A stretch of 63,531 nt of DNA, the filler included, from Reticulomyxa filosa (Eukaryota; Protista; Foraminifera): the NCBI GenBank assembly GCA_000512085.1. It is 23 parts of 23 records of this genome, joined end to end, with 100 filler letters (N's around TTAATTAATTAA, not from the genome) between each part and the next. Parts side by side here need not be neighbours in the genome. Positions count along the whole stretch, not along the records: positions 50,512 to 52,908 come from ASPP01002839.1; positions 53,009 to 57,974 come from ASPP01033498.1; positions 58,075 to 60,846 come from ASPP01025367.1; positions 60,947 to 61,954 come from ASPP01004074.1; positions 62,055 to 63,531 come from ASPP01038660.1; 18 more parts are not named here. One strand, written 5' to 3'. Made by a program: the position numbers and the translations under genes. The notes under the pieces are model-generated. The model did not search any database. It worked only from the letters and a program-made list of their open reading frames with translations, and had not been told where the DNA came from. Shown one piece after another: positions 51,489-63,531 of this stretch. How positions within the stretch are numbered: the stretch's first letter is position 1; each line of letters starts with the position of its first letter.

Positions 51489-52504
51489 ATGGCAGCGTTG
51501 AGATTAGCTGGGGTGGGAATTGCAAATACTAGAGATGATGCATATTTTCTTCCAGGAGAAGAGGTATGCATAGGAACGAGCAACAAAGTTTTAAAGCGAG
51601 TACGCGAAACTGTGACATGTTTCGTTGCTATAGGGAGAACCTGGAGCATTATGCTCCCAAGAGGATTACCTTGTCACACGTTGCAAATTTTTCATCTCAC
51701 AAGCTGAGAAGCATTTAAGTAGTCGACCCGATGGGCCCAGTGAAAGGGAAACCAATTTACTCGAAGTGTGTGTTTACCATGGCTTATTTATTTAGTTTTA
51801 ACAAACTGAAATTTCTGTTATAAAAAAAGAAAAAAAAAAAGGAAAGGCCAAGTGAACTTTTTGTGTATGTGGTGTGTGTATGGGAATGAAATTGCAAATA
51901 GGCGTTTAAAGATGGCGTAAAGACAGTAGAAAATTGTATTGAAGTGAAGCACGATCTTACAAAAGTCAATCAAAAAATAGACGAAATGAAAGATAATAGC
52001 AATAACAACCCCGACATGCATGAGCTCCAATCCGGACTTGAAAAAGTGGGCAAAGGTCTTGATCGTGTCTTGCGAGGTTGCGCCGCAAATGTCGTCAATC
52101 AATACAACGAGTGTGCACAAGACAAACCAGAATTGCAGCCAATCACATTACCACGACAATCTCTGTGGAGCCGAGATATGTATGACGAACCACGGGAGAA
52201 GAAGAAGGAAGAGAGTCCATTACGTGCCAATCAAGATTCTGTCTCACAAAACAATCGGAATCGAGAAAGACGCCAACCTTTGCAACCACAAAGAGACAAG
52301 GACGAAGGGAGAACAACACAAACACCGAAAGCCAAACCTCAACAGCCAAAGCCGATAGAAAGGAATCTTATATCTTCGAGAGACACTGCAAGGCCAGGAT
52401 CATCCACAACGGATCACAATAGCGGAAATAGCTTGTTTCTTGCCGCTAGTTTGCTAATAGCTTTAATTTTTGTTATTGGAGGCATAAGAATGTTTAAAAA
52501 ATAA
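51489..52504 (+). CDS. Unknown tail-anchored membrane protein (complete, 3 exons)
   Basis: Exons 51489-51563, 51634-51765 and 51902-52504 splice in frame; C-terminal TM segment LFLAASLLIALIFVIGGI followed by RMFKK*. Confidence 0.8.
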
Positions 52505-52829
52505 GACTGTGTATTGTTTGCTAAGTATTGTTTCAATCGTTGCGAAATGAATACTCATGGCATTGTGACAGCTTCAATTGTTCTACATCTACTTTCAGAG
52601 TTTTTCTAAAAATTTTTTAAAAAAATAAGTGAGAAGGGCGCGAGGAAAAATGCAGGCAAAAAATAAATGTAACTGTGATAAGAAACGCTAAACTAACGAC
52701 TTTCGAGGTCATTAATTTATCTTTTATTTACTCGTTTTCATTTCGACTTTGCGGAAAAAACGCAATTTGGATCGAACATCAATTCAATTACTATCTTATA
52801 TTATATAATCTTTTATTCTATCATGCACT

Positions 52830-52908
52830 TGTAGGAGAAGCTCCTACTGTATAGAGAGAATCGCTAAAGGGGCTGATGAGCTCCCTGTGGGTTAAACTTT
52901 TCCTAACA
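52830..52908 (+). ncRNA. Degenerate type III hammerhead ribozyme-like motif
   Basis: CTGATGA core at 52873-52879 within three stems in hammerhead register; GAAA is replaced by TAAA and the cleavage triplet is GCT. Confidence 0.45.
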
Positions 52909-53106
52909 NNNNNNNNNNNNNNNNNNNNNNNNNNNNNNNNNNNNNNNNNNNNTTAATTAATTAANNNNNNNNNNNNNNNNNNNNNNNNNNNNNNNNNNNN
53001 NNNNNNNNTGGCAATACATATAATGTACACAAATTTGAAAAAAAAAAGGAGTAAATTGATACAACAAGTACTCTTCCCCTCCCCCCTCTAACTTAAAAAA
53101 AAAAAA

Positions 53107-53930
53107 TTAATCCGAATGGGAAACGTAACTGACAAGAAATATTGCTCCCTGTCTTAGACACAACACGTCTTCTAGGTATTCCAAGCCATGCTTGGTCACT
53201 AGCTCCTTTTGGAAAAAATTAATTGGTGTGGGGGACACTAGACGACTTTTAGTGCGACTCGACACACATAACTGACCTTCCGCATTGCTTCCCCATGCGT
53301 ATAAAAGAACATTGCAAGCTGCTCTTGTCTTTGTTCGGTCTCGACACATCGCATACATATATGGACCCTCAAACGTATTGAACATTATTCGGTCCACTTG
53401 CAGGCCCTTTTCTTTGAAATACGTGTTTACACAAAATTCAATTTTTTCATCTCCCACCAAACTGTTCCCAAAAAGTCCATCCATATTTCGACCCAAGCAA
53501 ATAAACGAGTCGTCCGACAACAAAATTATTATCACATTTTCTGTCACGTGCAACTGCTTGCACTTCATATTTGTGTCTGTTAGATTCCAGCCGAACAGTC
53601 CTAACACTAACAATAAACTTGTCAATCGTTTTAGCTCTAGGTTGCCTATTTTCTTGAGTTTACTGGTAATCTTTCCTACAAAGTACACGTGATCTAGCTC
53701 AAGCATTATTATCTTCTTGTTTTGTTAATTTTTTTTGTTAGTAGTTTCAGAGCCACACGCAAAACCTTTCAGTTCTCCACCAAACCTTGAGTATTTTTTT
53801 TTCAGCTTCTTTGAAAGAAGAAGATAACAGTTCCAGTAATCCAATATATTATTACCTTTTCATTATGTTTTCATTGCGACGGTACCAAGCAAATTTATCC
53901 TGAAAGAGGAAACCAAAATGTGTGACATTG
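53107..53930 (-). CDS. RCC1/BLIP-II repeat protein fragment (5' part disrupted)
   Basis: ICLGRNMDGLFG and LYAWGSNAEGQLCV...SPTPI repeats. Confidence 0.7.
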
Positions 53931-54062
53931 AGATATCCTTTTAAGCTTGTATTGTTTGCTATTTTATAAGCGTCCAACGACGTTCAAAAGGGGGGGACAT
54001 ATGTTGTTTAAAATTTTTTTTTAAACAAGTAATTTTGATATTGTGTAACTTAAAAAATCCAA

Positions 54063-55450
54063 ATGGAAGAAAATAAACAAATGAGAGCTTCAAAACGTTT
54101 GGTTTGGATCGCAGGTTGTTGCAGCGTTGACAAAAAAGGGATTGGTAGCCCCGACGGTAGTGCAAAAGAAGGCAGTGCCAGCAGCATTGGAGAAAAAAGA
54201 CATATTGCTGAGAGCAAAAACGGGTTCTGGGAAGACTTTGACATTTGTATTACCAATGATTGAGAACGCATTACGAAGTCTGGAAATGGAGCAAAACAAT
54301 AGTGGAAAGCTAAGTTATGAGAATGGAATAATGAAGCGAAGCAGAATAAAATCGATAATATTAGTACCAACGCTAGAGTTGGTGAATCAAGTGGTTGAAG
54401 TTGTGAATGACATGATATATTTTTGCAACGACATATTATCATGTTATTCTTTGATCGGAATTGGTAACAAAGGCTTGGATATGGAAAAGCATCGATTGCT
54501 GGAGCAGCCACAAATCATTGTATGCACCCCTGCAAGATGATTTTTTTATGTTTAGACATAGACATCAATGTGTACAAAATCAACAAACAAAATACCTTAA
54601 GCAAATACAAAACGACAACAACAACAAACAGATTGGCCAGCCATTTGAAAGCAGGGGATCTGAGTTTGACAGGCATTGAAATGGTTGCAATTGACGAAGC
54701 CAATCTGGATGATGGCTCATGACTTTGAATCGGACATTCGTGAAATCGCTTTGGACTTGTCTTCGTCCCGATTCATGTGCAGCGCCACCTTGAATCCTCA
54801 CACCACTGCGCTTCAAAAGCATTTTTTGATGCATCATCCAACTGTTATTCAAATCGATCAATTTTCGTTTGCAAAAATAAATCATTGACACAAAAGAAAT
54901 AAAAGGAAAGTTATACGTGTTATAAACACTTATATCTTTACAAGCAAATGTAAGAACTTAAACAATGAGTAATAACGAAGTAATGCCTCATCGTGGCATC
55001 GATTTTCGAGAAGTTGATGCAGTGATCAATTTTAGCTGTCCACTCACACTCAAAAAGTATATTCATCGCATTGGCCGAACAGCCAGACAATTCCAATCCG
55101 TCGACCCTTGGTGCTGTTCAAATCATTCAAAAGTTGCTATTGTCCGCCAATGATCTCTTCTTACCTTTCCGTTATCGCTGTGAAAGCATTTGTTGCTTCA
55201 TCACTCAAAGTTAAATACCGTACTCTTTCATTTCATTTTATTTCTATTTACTTGTATGTGTTACTTTTGTATTTGAGCAGATTTGATTAAACCCAGTGCC
55301 ATCAATCCATTCTGCAGTCAATATGTTTTCAAGAAAGCTACACTTGCCCAAACTGAACAGCGAGAAGATAATGAACGTCTCAAAGTTCACAGAGTTAATA
55401 ACGACTTGTCAAGAAAAACAAAAGAAAGTCATCTTTTCAAGGAATGAGTA
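54063..55450 (+). pseudogene. DBP9: DEAD-box helicase DBP9/DDX56 pseudogene
   Basis: PTVVQKKAVP, AKTGSGKT, LVPTLEL, TPAR, DEAN, SATL, RGIDF and [10 protein letters not shown]. Several frameshifts, a lost GT donor at about 54537 and a large deletion in domain 2. Confidence 0.85.
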
Positions 55451-56980
55451 AATCCCAAATCCAATTAGTCAGAAGACGAGATAAACTTAAAAAAATTATC
55501 AAAAAAAAGAAAGTAAACATCCATTTGGTTGTTATTTTGTATTTTTTTTAATTCAATTGTTTTCAATTGTGAAATTTTGATTATGTTGAGTTTAACACAA
55601 ATTTTAATAAAATTCAAATTTATTTTTTTTACCTGACGAATTTGTACTCAATTAATTGTTGTTACTGCGAGTGCTGCAGCGGTGGAAATTAACAAATCGC
55701 GTTTTGAAAGCTGCAATCACTCGTATTTGTGGTGCGTTCAATTTTCGTAGCTGTATACATTAAACTTATGGATACACGTCGCTATGATATTTGTTGCCCA
55801 CCTGCGCTATCAGCATTATCACGGGATTCAGTGATCAGTTGCAAGTTTTGCAATTTTATTTATTTATTTTAGAGTTATTTACTTTACAAACATATACAAA
55901 TAATATATTTTTACATCTCTCTTTCATGTAAATGAAATGAAAAAGAAAATATAATCGCTTAACGTTGCACTTTGAATAACATAGATTGGATTGGGCTTTT
56001 ATTTTGTATTAAATATGAACGAGTGGATATACGATGGAGTGCTACATGATATTATTCACTTCACTGACGAAGAGTTTCAACTCCATTGTGCATATAACGA
56101 CATCCACCACACATTTGCTATGTGAAGAGGCTGGAAGCGAAGAGGAGTTGATTCGGAAAAAAAAGAAAAAATACAAATCGTGTATTCTATTGGCTAGTTC
56201 CGGCGGTCATCCCACTCATGTATCTGCCAGATTGGATCAAAAGGGGCTCTACAGATATTGTTTTATATGTACTCTTTTTTATTGGCCTGTGTATTTTTGT
56301 TGTATGCTTTTGCTGCGCTGTTCGTGTCGTCATGCACACTAATTTTGCTTTGGGACATTTTGAAACTTAATAAAAAAATTTTCTTTTCTTTGCAAATGTC
56401 ATTTTAGATTATCCTAAATTTGCTCCAAAGTTGAAAAAGCAATATTTCATTTGTAAATGGTTTTGCTTTTGCTTTTTATTTCATATTTACTAATTTTCAA
56501 ACTTATTAATTTTTTTAAAATTTGATAGTTGTGCATATTTCATAATCAAAAAATTGCCAATTTTTTGACAAATAAGTAAATTTAAGATAATATTACACAC
56601 ATAAAATCCACCTTATGAAGATTATCCGGTTTTCAGATTTAAATTCAATTAAGTATTTATTTTTTGCGCTTTTTTAGTATATTTTTTTTTCTTTTATTCA
56701 TATTTGTTATCGGTTTTTAAGACGAACTTTTTTAGTGTTTCGTTTAATTTTGGATTTTCCAAGTCGAAAATTTATTTTGTCAAAGAGTTTGACCATGCAT
56801 AAAGATTTGCATTGCACAAAATATATTTGACACATTACCAAAAACAGTCTTGATTATAACAAAAAATTCTTTCTTGATATCGATCAACAGCATTTCTCTT
56901 CCTCATACGACGCAAATTTTTTTTCAAATAAAAAAAACTTATAAAAACTTTTTGGAGTCGACAAGAGGTTTTTTGTATTT

Positions 56981-57974
56981 ATGGAAAAAAGTGCTTTAAA
57001 AAAGGTTTCGTTTTGAAGAACGTCTTTATCATGCTTGAACAACTTCGAAAAATATTTCCCAAGATAGATAAAGAGATCATCTTAAAGGCATGGGAGCAAT
57101 GTGCTGATGTTGACAAGACAAACGCTCTTTTAACTTGGCTAACCGAAAACACGTAACAATAATTTTTATTTGTAAAAACATTAGCTATATGTTTTTTAAT
57201 AAAGTATTGCTTTGTATTTTTTTATACAGTACAAATCTTCAACAACAACATCATTTGATGATGTTATTCCGGGATTTTGGCAATAAATTTGAAAAAATAA
57301 TAATATCACAAACATGGAAAAATAACAATCAGGTTTGTGTTGATACGGCTATGGAATTAAGAGAGATTTGCGCAATTTCCAACCTGAATAAGTTAAAGAT
57401 AAATAAAATTTACATATATTACTTTAAAATAAAATAAAACCATTATTGATATTTGTAAATAATAGGTCTCAAGAAAAAAATGAAATAAAAATATCTCGAG
57501 AAATGTGTTTGCATATTTTGTGGAATATTTTGAAATATCCTAAATATATTAAATATCGTAAAATTCACAAACAAGCTTTATACAACAATTTATTTTCGAA
57601 GTGTCATCACGTATGTGCAAATCTGAAACAAATACTCGTAAATGTGCAAAATGAACTAGAAAAATTTGGATTCAAAAAAGGAAATGATGATAATTGGTAT
57701 TACCAATATGATCATATTCAATTATTACATCTGTGGAACTGCTATCGATCATTGATTAATCAACAAACCATGTTTTTTATATGTGTTTATTTTGTTTTAA
57801 TAAAATTAATCATATAACCAATCATTTAAATAGATATAAAACAAGATATTGGCTTAAAAACAAAGTGTGTATATTATGGAATGGAAAATGGAAAGATTAT
57901 GAAAGTGTATTTGATTATGGACATCGAACAATAATGTTATTTGATCAAAATAAATTAAAAATAAAATCATTACA
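56981..57974 (+). CDS. CUE-like + PUB-like domain protein, 3'-truncated
   Basis: MLEQLRKIFPKIDKEII (CUE-like) and ILWNILKYPKYIKYRKI...LEKFGF (PUB-like); short GT-AG introns. Confidence 0.7.
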
Positions 57975-58074
57975 NNNNNNNNNNNNNNNNNNNNNNNNNN
58001 NNNNNNNNNNNNNNNNNNTTAATTAATTAANNNNNNNNNNNNNNNNNNNNNNNNNNNNNNNNNNNNNNNNNNNN

Positions 58075-58116
<42 letters not shown>

Positions 58117-59552
58117 GAGTACTCGTACTTCTCGAGGTCATACGTACCATGTATGTTCTCGCCACTGACGTCGACATCAATGTCAATGCTGTGCAGATTT
58201 CGATTGGTCTTAGACGGTCGAAGTTGCTTTCGCTCTTTGCGCGCTCGCTTGTCGGCGTCCTTTACCGTCCATGCATTTGCCAAACGATCATCAATCTCTT
58301 CCTCTTCCATCTTTTTCTTCTTCGCTGTCGTCGCCACTGTTTCCATCGGTGTCAATATCGGCGTCAGTGTTGGCGTCGGCGTTGGCGTCGGCATTGGCAT
58401 TGGCGTCACTGTCGGCGTCGGCGTCATCAGGTCTCTCTTTCCCTTTGACGGTCGCTTCCTCTTTGTCGTTGTTCTCGTTATCGTCTTGGTTTTCTTTTTC
58501 GTCGGTCGCGACTTGTTCTCACGCACATCTTTCTCCTCGTGTTCCGTCTCATTGTCCAATGACGATGGAGGTGGTAACTTTACAATCTCCACCAAACATG
58601 TGCGTAAGTTTACCACAATTGACAATATTGTGCCTAATCCAGTTTTTTTTTTTTTTTTTTCAAAAGGGGTATATATACATATATATATATGTATACATGT
58701 ATGTATATAGTTGTATATAGTTATACATATATACATATACATATACAACATCAAATAGTTCAAACTCACCGACTTCATTCCATGCGAATGCTTGATTAAG
58801 GCCACTTCGCTTTCCATTGAAATCGTAATAGCGTCCGTAACTGTAAAAAACAAAACAATTGTCGGTCAAACGCGCGGGCACAGGGAGTGCAACATTGTAA
58901 TGAGACGGTACGATGGCAATGCCGACGTACCCACCGATTTCGGACAGATGCGATATACGTACTTTGCAATGATAGACTCCTTTGCTAGGCACTGCAAACT
59001 CATCTCCGAACAACACCACCCCATTCCGAAAGTTTGTGTTATAACACTGTATGCAGTACTTCTGTTCATCCTCCTCTGTCCTGATCATCTCATGCAACCG
59101 CAACAGTTGCGATTGGCTATGGTTTTCAAAGTATGTCGTCAGTATTGGTTCTATCACTGTCACCGTGGGATGAGGATTCGGATGAAAATAAAAATTTGCT
59201 AATGTATTTTTTATGTTATTGTTGTTGTTGTTGTTGTTGTTTTTTTTTTTAATAGTCTTTGCTCTGTCCTTCAAACATTACACACATGTAGGTTAGAAAA
59301 TAACCAGGTAAAAATTTAAAAATTATTTGGATCAGCACATCTGGGGGGTACATCTTCAAACTTGCGCTTCGGGACCAATTGTAGAGTATGTGAACCACTC
59401 CGTGAATACTCAGTGGGATCACTCTTGGCTGGTCGGTTCAAGGGGAACAATTTTTTTTCAAAAAGGACAAAGTTCAGCATGCTTATGATCCTAAACAAAA
59501 TTTTAAAACAATAATGCATTCTTACTCTGCCTGCAGGATCTGTGGAAAACAT
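58075..59552 (-). CDS. SPRY/B30.2-like domain protein, 3'-truncated
   Basis: SKGVYHCKVRI...YVGIAIV...FAWNEV-GTILSIVVNL pattern followed by a Pro/Thr repeat region; spliced. Confidence 0.65.
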
Positions 59553-59861
59553 ATTATTGATATAAAATGTCAACAAAGAAAAATTTTTAGAGATTTATCT
59601 CATGTTACTTTTGTACAAACCCCTTTCGAATTCTAACTTCTCATTACAGGAGTCATAGGTCGATAATCAATACTCTTTTCAAATAGAATATCAAATAGCT
59701 ATACTGTGGCCAAAGGGAACCTGATTTTACTCATTTTGTGTATACAGCAATGACAAAAAAAAAAGCTTGGATTGAAAGAGGAAAAGACTAATTTGTGTTC
59801 CGCAGAAAAGGATTTCCCCTTCTGGCAAAAAAACAGAAAAATTCGTCAAGAAAGAAAGATC

Positions 59862-60805
59862 ATGTCGAGAGATCAAGGTGAAAATCCTTCAAACGACTCT
59901 TTTGAGGTAAAGATGGCAGAACAGAATTTGACAGCGCAAGAATTGCAAGAAAAGAAGGAAAAATTTTTGCAAGAGCGAGAAAAAAAGGACAGCAGATGAT
60001 GGATGCAATGGCTAAACGACGATTGAACCGAACGCATCAATCAGACAAACAGCAGAACCGACAAGTGGACGCATTTGACGCAGAGTTTAACAACGAAATG
60101 GACAAAATCGAGTCGGAATTGGAGAAGAAGGATAACACATTTGAAAAATTCAAAGAGTTGAAAATGCAAGCATTTCAATTGGAAAGCAAGTTGGCAAGTG
60201 CAGCAAAGTTTTTGCCCAATTATACGTTTGAAAGAAAATCCAAGCAAATACAGCAATTGAAAGACAAAATTACCCAAACCCAACAAAATGTTTTGAATCT
60301 ATTTTTTGCATATAAACATATATATAAGGATTTTCATTTTTGTTTATATATGTATATGTATATGTACATATACATATACATATATAAATATAACAAGGTT
60401 GCACCACGGCCCAAATTCCGTCTGAATCGAGTCGCTTCTGATAAGCCAACAACCAACAGCGGCAATGAGATAAAGGAGGACAATAATAGTAAAGTCGTGC
60501 CATCCACGTCGGATACGACGAACAAGACGATCGAGAAAACAGAGATTGTAAGTGCTGCATCGGAAGAAAGAGTGCTGCAAGGCAATACGGACGAGGTGAT
60601 CATTAGCAATCTTTGCAACGAAGAAATCGAAAAGATACATGGCACTATCAATGGTAAAGACGTGTGGTTGAGCGACTTGAAAAACTGCAAAATTCGAATC
60701 TGCGATCACATTGGAGCGCTGCGAATGAACAATATCCATTCTTGCACTATCATCACCGGACCGATCACTACTAGTTTGCATGTTGAAAATATTTCCAATA
60801 GCGAA
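59862..60805 (+). CDS. TBCC: Tubulin-specific chaperone C, 3'-truncated
   Basis: N-terminal helical domain (AAKFLPNY...APRPKF) and C-CAP/cofactor C beta-helix (GKDVWLSDLKNCKIRI...TGPITTSLHVEN); A-run frameshift near 59985; intron about 60289-60397. Confidence 0.9.
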
Positions 60806-60808
60806 GTT

Positions 60809-60846
<38 letters not shown>

Positions 60847-60946
60847 NNNNNNNNNNNNNNNNNNNNNNNNNNNNNNNNNNNNNNNNNNNNTTAATTAATT
60901 AANNNNNNNNNNNNNNNNNNNNNNNNNNNNNNNNNNNNNNNNNNNN

Positions 60947-61954
60947 AACAATGCCATCACTTTTCTTCCGATTGTAATACCGTATTGTTGCCATACAAAG
61001 TATATATGACAAAAGGAAGCTGCTTCTCTTTAGTCAGTTTCGATCGCTCTTTGCTCGTTAAAAATGGCCTTATCAAATCCAATATCTTTTGTCGGACTTC
61101 TTTAAATGACACGTTATATGTCAATGGTAGCGTCAATAACAATGGGAGTCCAATTAATTCATCTTCTTCCCGATACTGGGCACTATAAAAAAAGTTCGTT
61201 GTTCAAATTTTGAATGTCTTTAACTGTGGCAATACTTGTTGTCAATTTTGATTATTGTTATTATTTGTAGTGTTCGTGCTAGAAGCAGTAGCATTGCTAT
61301 TGTTGGATTCATTGTTTCCATTGGATGTACTGTTGTTGTTCACTATTAGACGAGGATGCAGATATTTTATCGTCTGATGCTAACGACTTTGGTACATAAT
61401 ACACGACAATGTAGTCATTGTGACGATTGATTTCTGCAATCATATCACGATTTTTCAAGTCGCAATGGCTTTTGTTTTTCCACACATCGCAAACAAATAA
61501 ATCATCTATTTGTCACATTAAATTGCTTTGCGATGGCTTTCTTTAACCCCATCTGCAACTTTGAGCATCTTTTACAAAAACACATATAATTTTTTTTTTT
61601 TTTAAAAAAAAAAGAAGGAAATGTATTCATATTTTGTATTTACACAATAACAAATACAAACTTTGATGTCGTAGACAGTGGATATAATATTTTGAGTTCA
61701 CTTGGATTGTAAATGATCCTAGACTTTGTATCACTCGGTCGGCATAGGTGCGCTTAAGAACATGCACGGATCACAGTCGGAACATTCGACACGTGATTTA
61801 TATTGGACTTGCAACAAGTCCACAATGATTGATACATTTCTTTTTAAATAAGTGCGCCATGCTTCTTCGGCGGCAACCGCTTTGTCAGGACGAATCATTT
61901 GATTCCACTGATTCTGTTGGATCTGATTTAAAGCTTCATGCAATCCATCTAATA
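60947..61954 (-). pseudogene. USP4/11/15-type deubiquitinase remnant
   Basis: LDGLHEALN, AEEAWRTYLKRNVSIIVDLLQVQYKSRVECSDC, DPCMFLSAP; stops and deletions. Confidence 0.8.
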
Positions 61955-62056
61955 NNNNNNNNNNNNNNNNNNNNNNNNNNNNNNNNNNNNNNNNNNNNTT
62001 AATTAATTAANNNNNNNNNNNNNNNNNNNNNNNNNNNNNNNNNNNNNNNNNNNNAT

Positions 62057-63531
62057 GATTGGCATAGTAGAACATATGCAAAGATATTGATTTTTATTGT
62101 AGAAAACGGATCGTGGAGTGTATTAGATACATTGATAAGTATTTTGGAGGGTAATGATCACAATGGTCGATATAGTGCAGCAAGGATAGGACAACATACA
62201 TTAGAGTCATTAATACATGCTTTGAAGAGTAGAGACTGGTATGTTTATCGAAATGTGGTAAAGTTATTGAGAAAACTGGTACAATCTGGACTAGAATTTG
62301 TATTGAATTCATTAATCATTGATTTGAAAAATAAGGACTGTAATACTCGTGTGAATGCTTTAATTTCATTGATTGTTCTGGGAAAAGAAGCCGTCACAAC
62401 GAATGTGTTGGAAGTATTGACGACTTCATTAAAGGATATAGAAAATCGGATTTGTAAGAGTGTAACACGCACGTTGAGAGAATTCAGGGAAATTGAAGCA
62501 ACAGAAGATGTGTTGAAGGCATTAACTGTGATTATTTTAGATAATGATATTCAGAGAGAAGCAATCAATGTGCTGCGTTTGACGGAGCCATCTAACGCTA
62601 TACAAAATGCGATCAATTACTTAGTTTTCGCTTTGACTGACAAGGATAGTAAAGTTTGTGCAAATGCCGAAATGATATTGGATTTCATGGGCTGGGATGC
62701 AGTTGTCGAACATATACTACATTATTTGGTTATTCTCAGCGATGATATCAGAGTTTGCAGAAAAGTGATTGAAATCTTTGATAGTTTTGAGCCTGCTATA
62801 GGAACAGAAAATGTAGTGGATCAATTATCTTTTAAATTAAAGGTTAACATTTCTTTTCGTGAAAATTTCTTAGGGGTATTAAGTTCAATGGGATCAGTTA
62901 CAGAAAGTGTGTTAAATAAATTAACCATTGCTTTAAATGATAAAAACGCCAATGCAAAAAAAGCATTAAATTGTTTACATGGTGAAATAGTTTTTAAAAA
63001 ATCTGAAATTTGGAACACAGAGGCAAAAGACGATATTTGGAAATGCCATGAGATTATTACTCTTAGTAGAATCGCAAACACGTATTATGAAAACATCAAA
63101 ATGAAGACATCATACACGAAATACGCATCTGACAAAAATGAAGAAAAAAAAGTGGAATTACAAGAATTATTATCGTGTGAAGAAAAAGTTATGGAGATAG
63201 AATCAGATGAATATAATTTATCACCAACTAATTATGTTGAAGAATCTCCAAACCGTTGTCTGGAAGACACATTGTTTAACAATGATGAAAAAAAGATTGA
63301 CAATAGAACAATGGAAGAAGAATACACCAAAATGATAGAAGAAAACCCAACATTGAAAGAGTACCACGACACGGTGATTGCAACATTGAATAATGTATTT
63401 TCAAATGCATGTGCAATCAATGTGTTGGTAACATTTTTTGAAAATCTAATGGAGCAGCGTTCATTGATTGAGACATTGGCACGTCGTCTGACAATTGGTC
63501 AACGACATAATTTGATTTCATTACCAGCTCG
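62057..63531 (+). CDS. Intronless HEAT-repeat (PBS lyase-like) protein, open at both ends
   Basis: A single stop-free frame of about 490 codons, missed by the ORF track, with repeats such as LIHALKSRDWYVYRNV, LIIDLKNKDCNTRVNA and LVFALTDKDSKVCANA. Confidence 0.8.

Noticed and set aside
54537-54630. Apparent AT-AG non-canonical intron in DBP9
   Set aside because: It lies in a pseudogene; a mutated GT donor is the simpler explanation and no U12 consensus is present.

Overview
This window is not one locus. It is 23 short, unrelated contigs joined by an artificial 100-nt spacer (N44-TTAATTAATTAA-N44). The DNA is AT-rich and eukaryotic, with short GT-AG introns full of poly-T/poly-A and (TA/TACA/TGTA) microsatellites, poly-Asn tracts, many 1-nt frameshifts in homopolymers and many decayed gene copies. 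Style and gene families suggest a foraminiferan draft genome such as Reticulomyxa filosa; this is my inference and is unverified. Recognisable genes or fragments: RPEL coiled-coil protein, La-related protein, CNG/HCN/KCNH-type channel, BCCIP/BCP1, PH-FYVE protein, possible APC4, NUB1 (pseudo), TAP42/IGBP1, CELF-like RRM protein, RICTOR, GxGYxYP family protein, degenerate BCAT, LINE RT remnant, tail-anchored protein, RCC1-repeat protein, DBP9/DDX56 (pseudo), CUE/PUB protein, SPRY protein, TBCC, USP4/11/15 (pseudo) and an intronless HEAT-repeat ORF. The most interesting non-coding signals are a ~280-nt multi-hairpin RNA-like element ending in a tRNA T-arm and A tail (20043-20340), a degenerate type III hammerhead-like fold (52830-52908), perfect fold-back palindromes inside introns, and a microhomology-bounded condensed duplicate. 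Exon coordinates were read by eye and are approximate.
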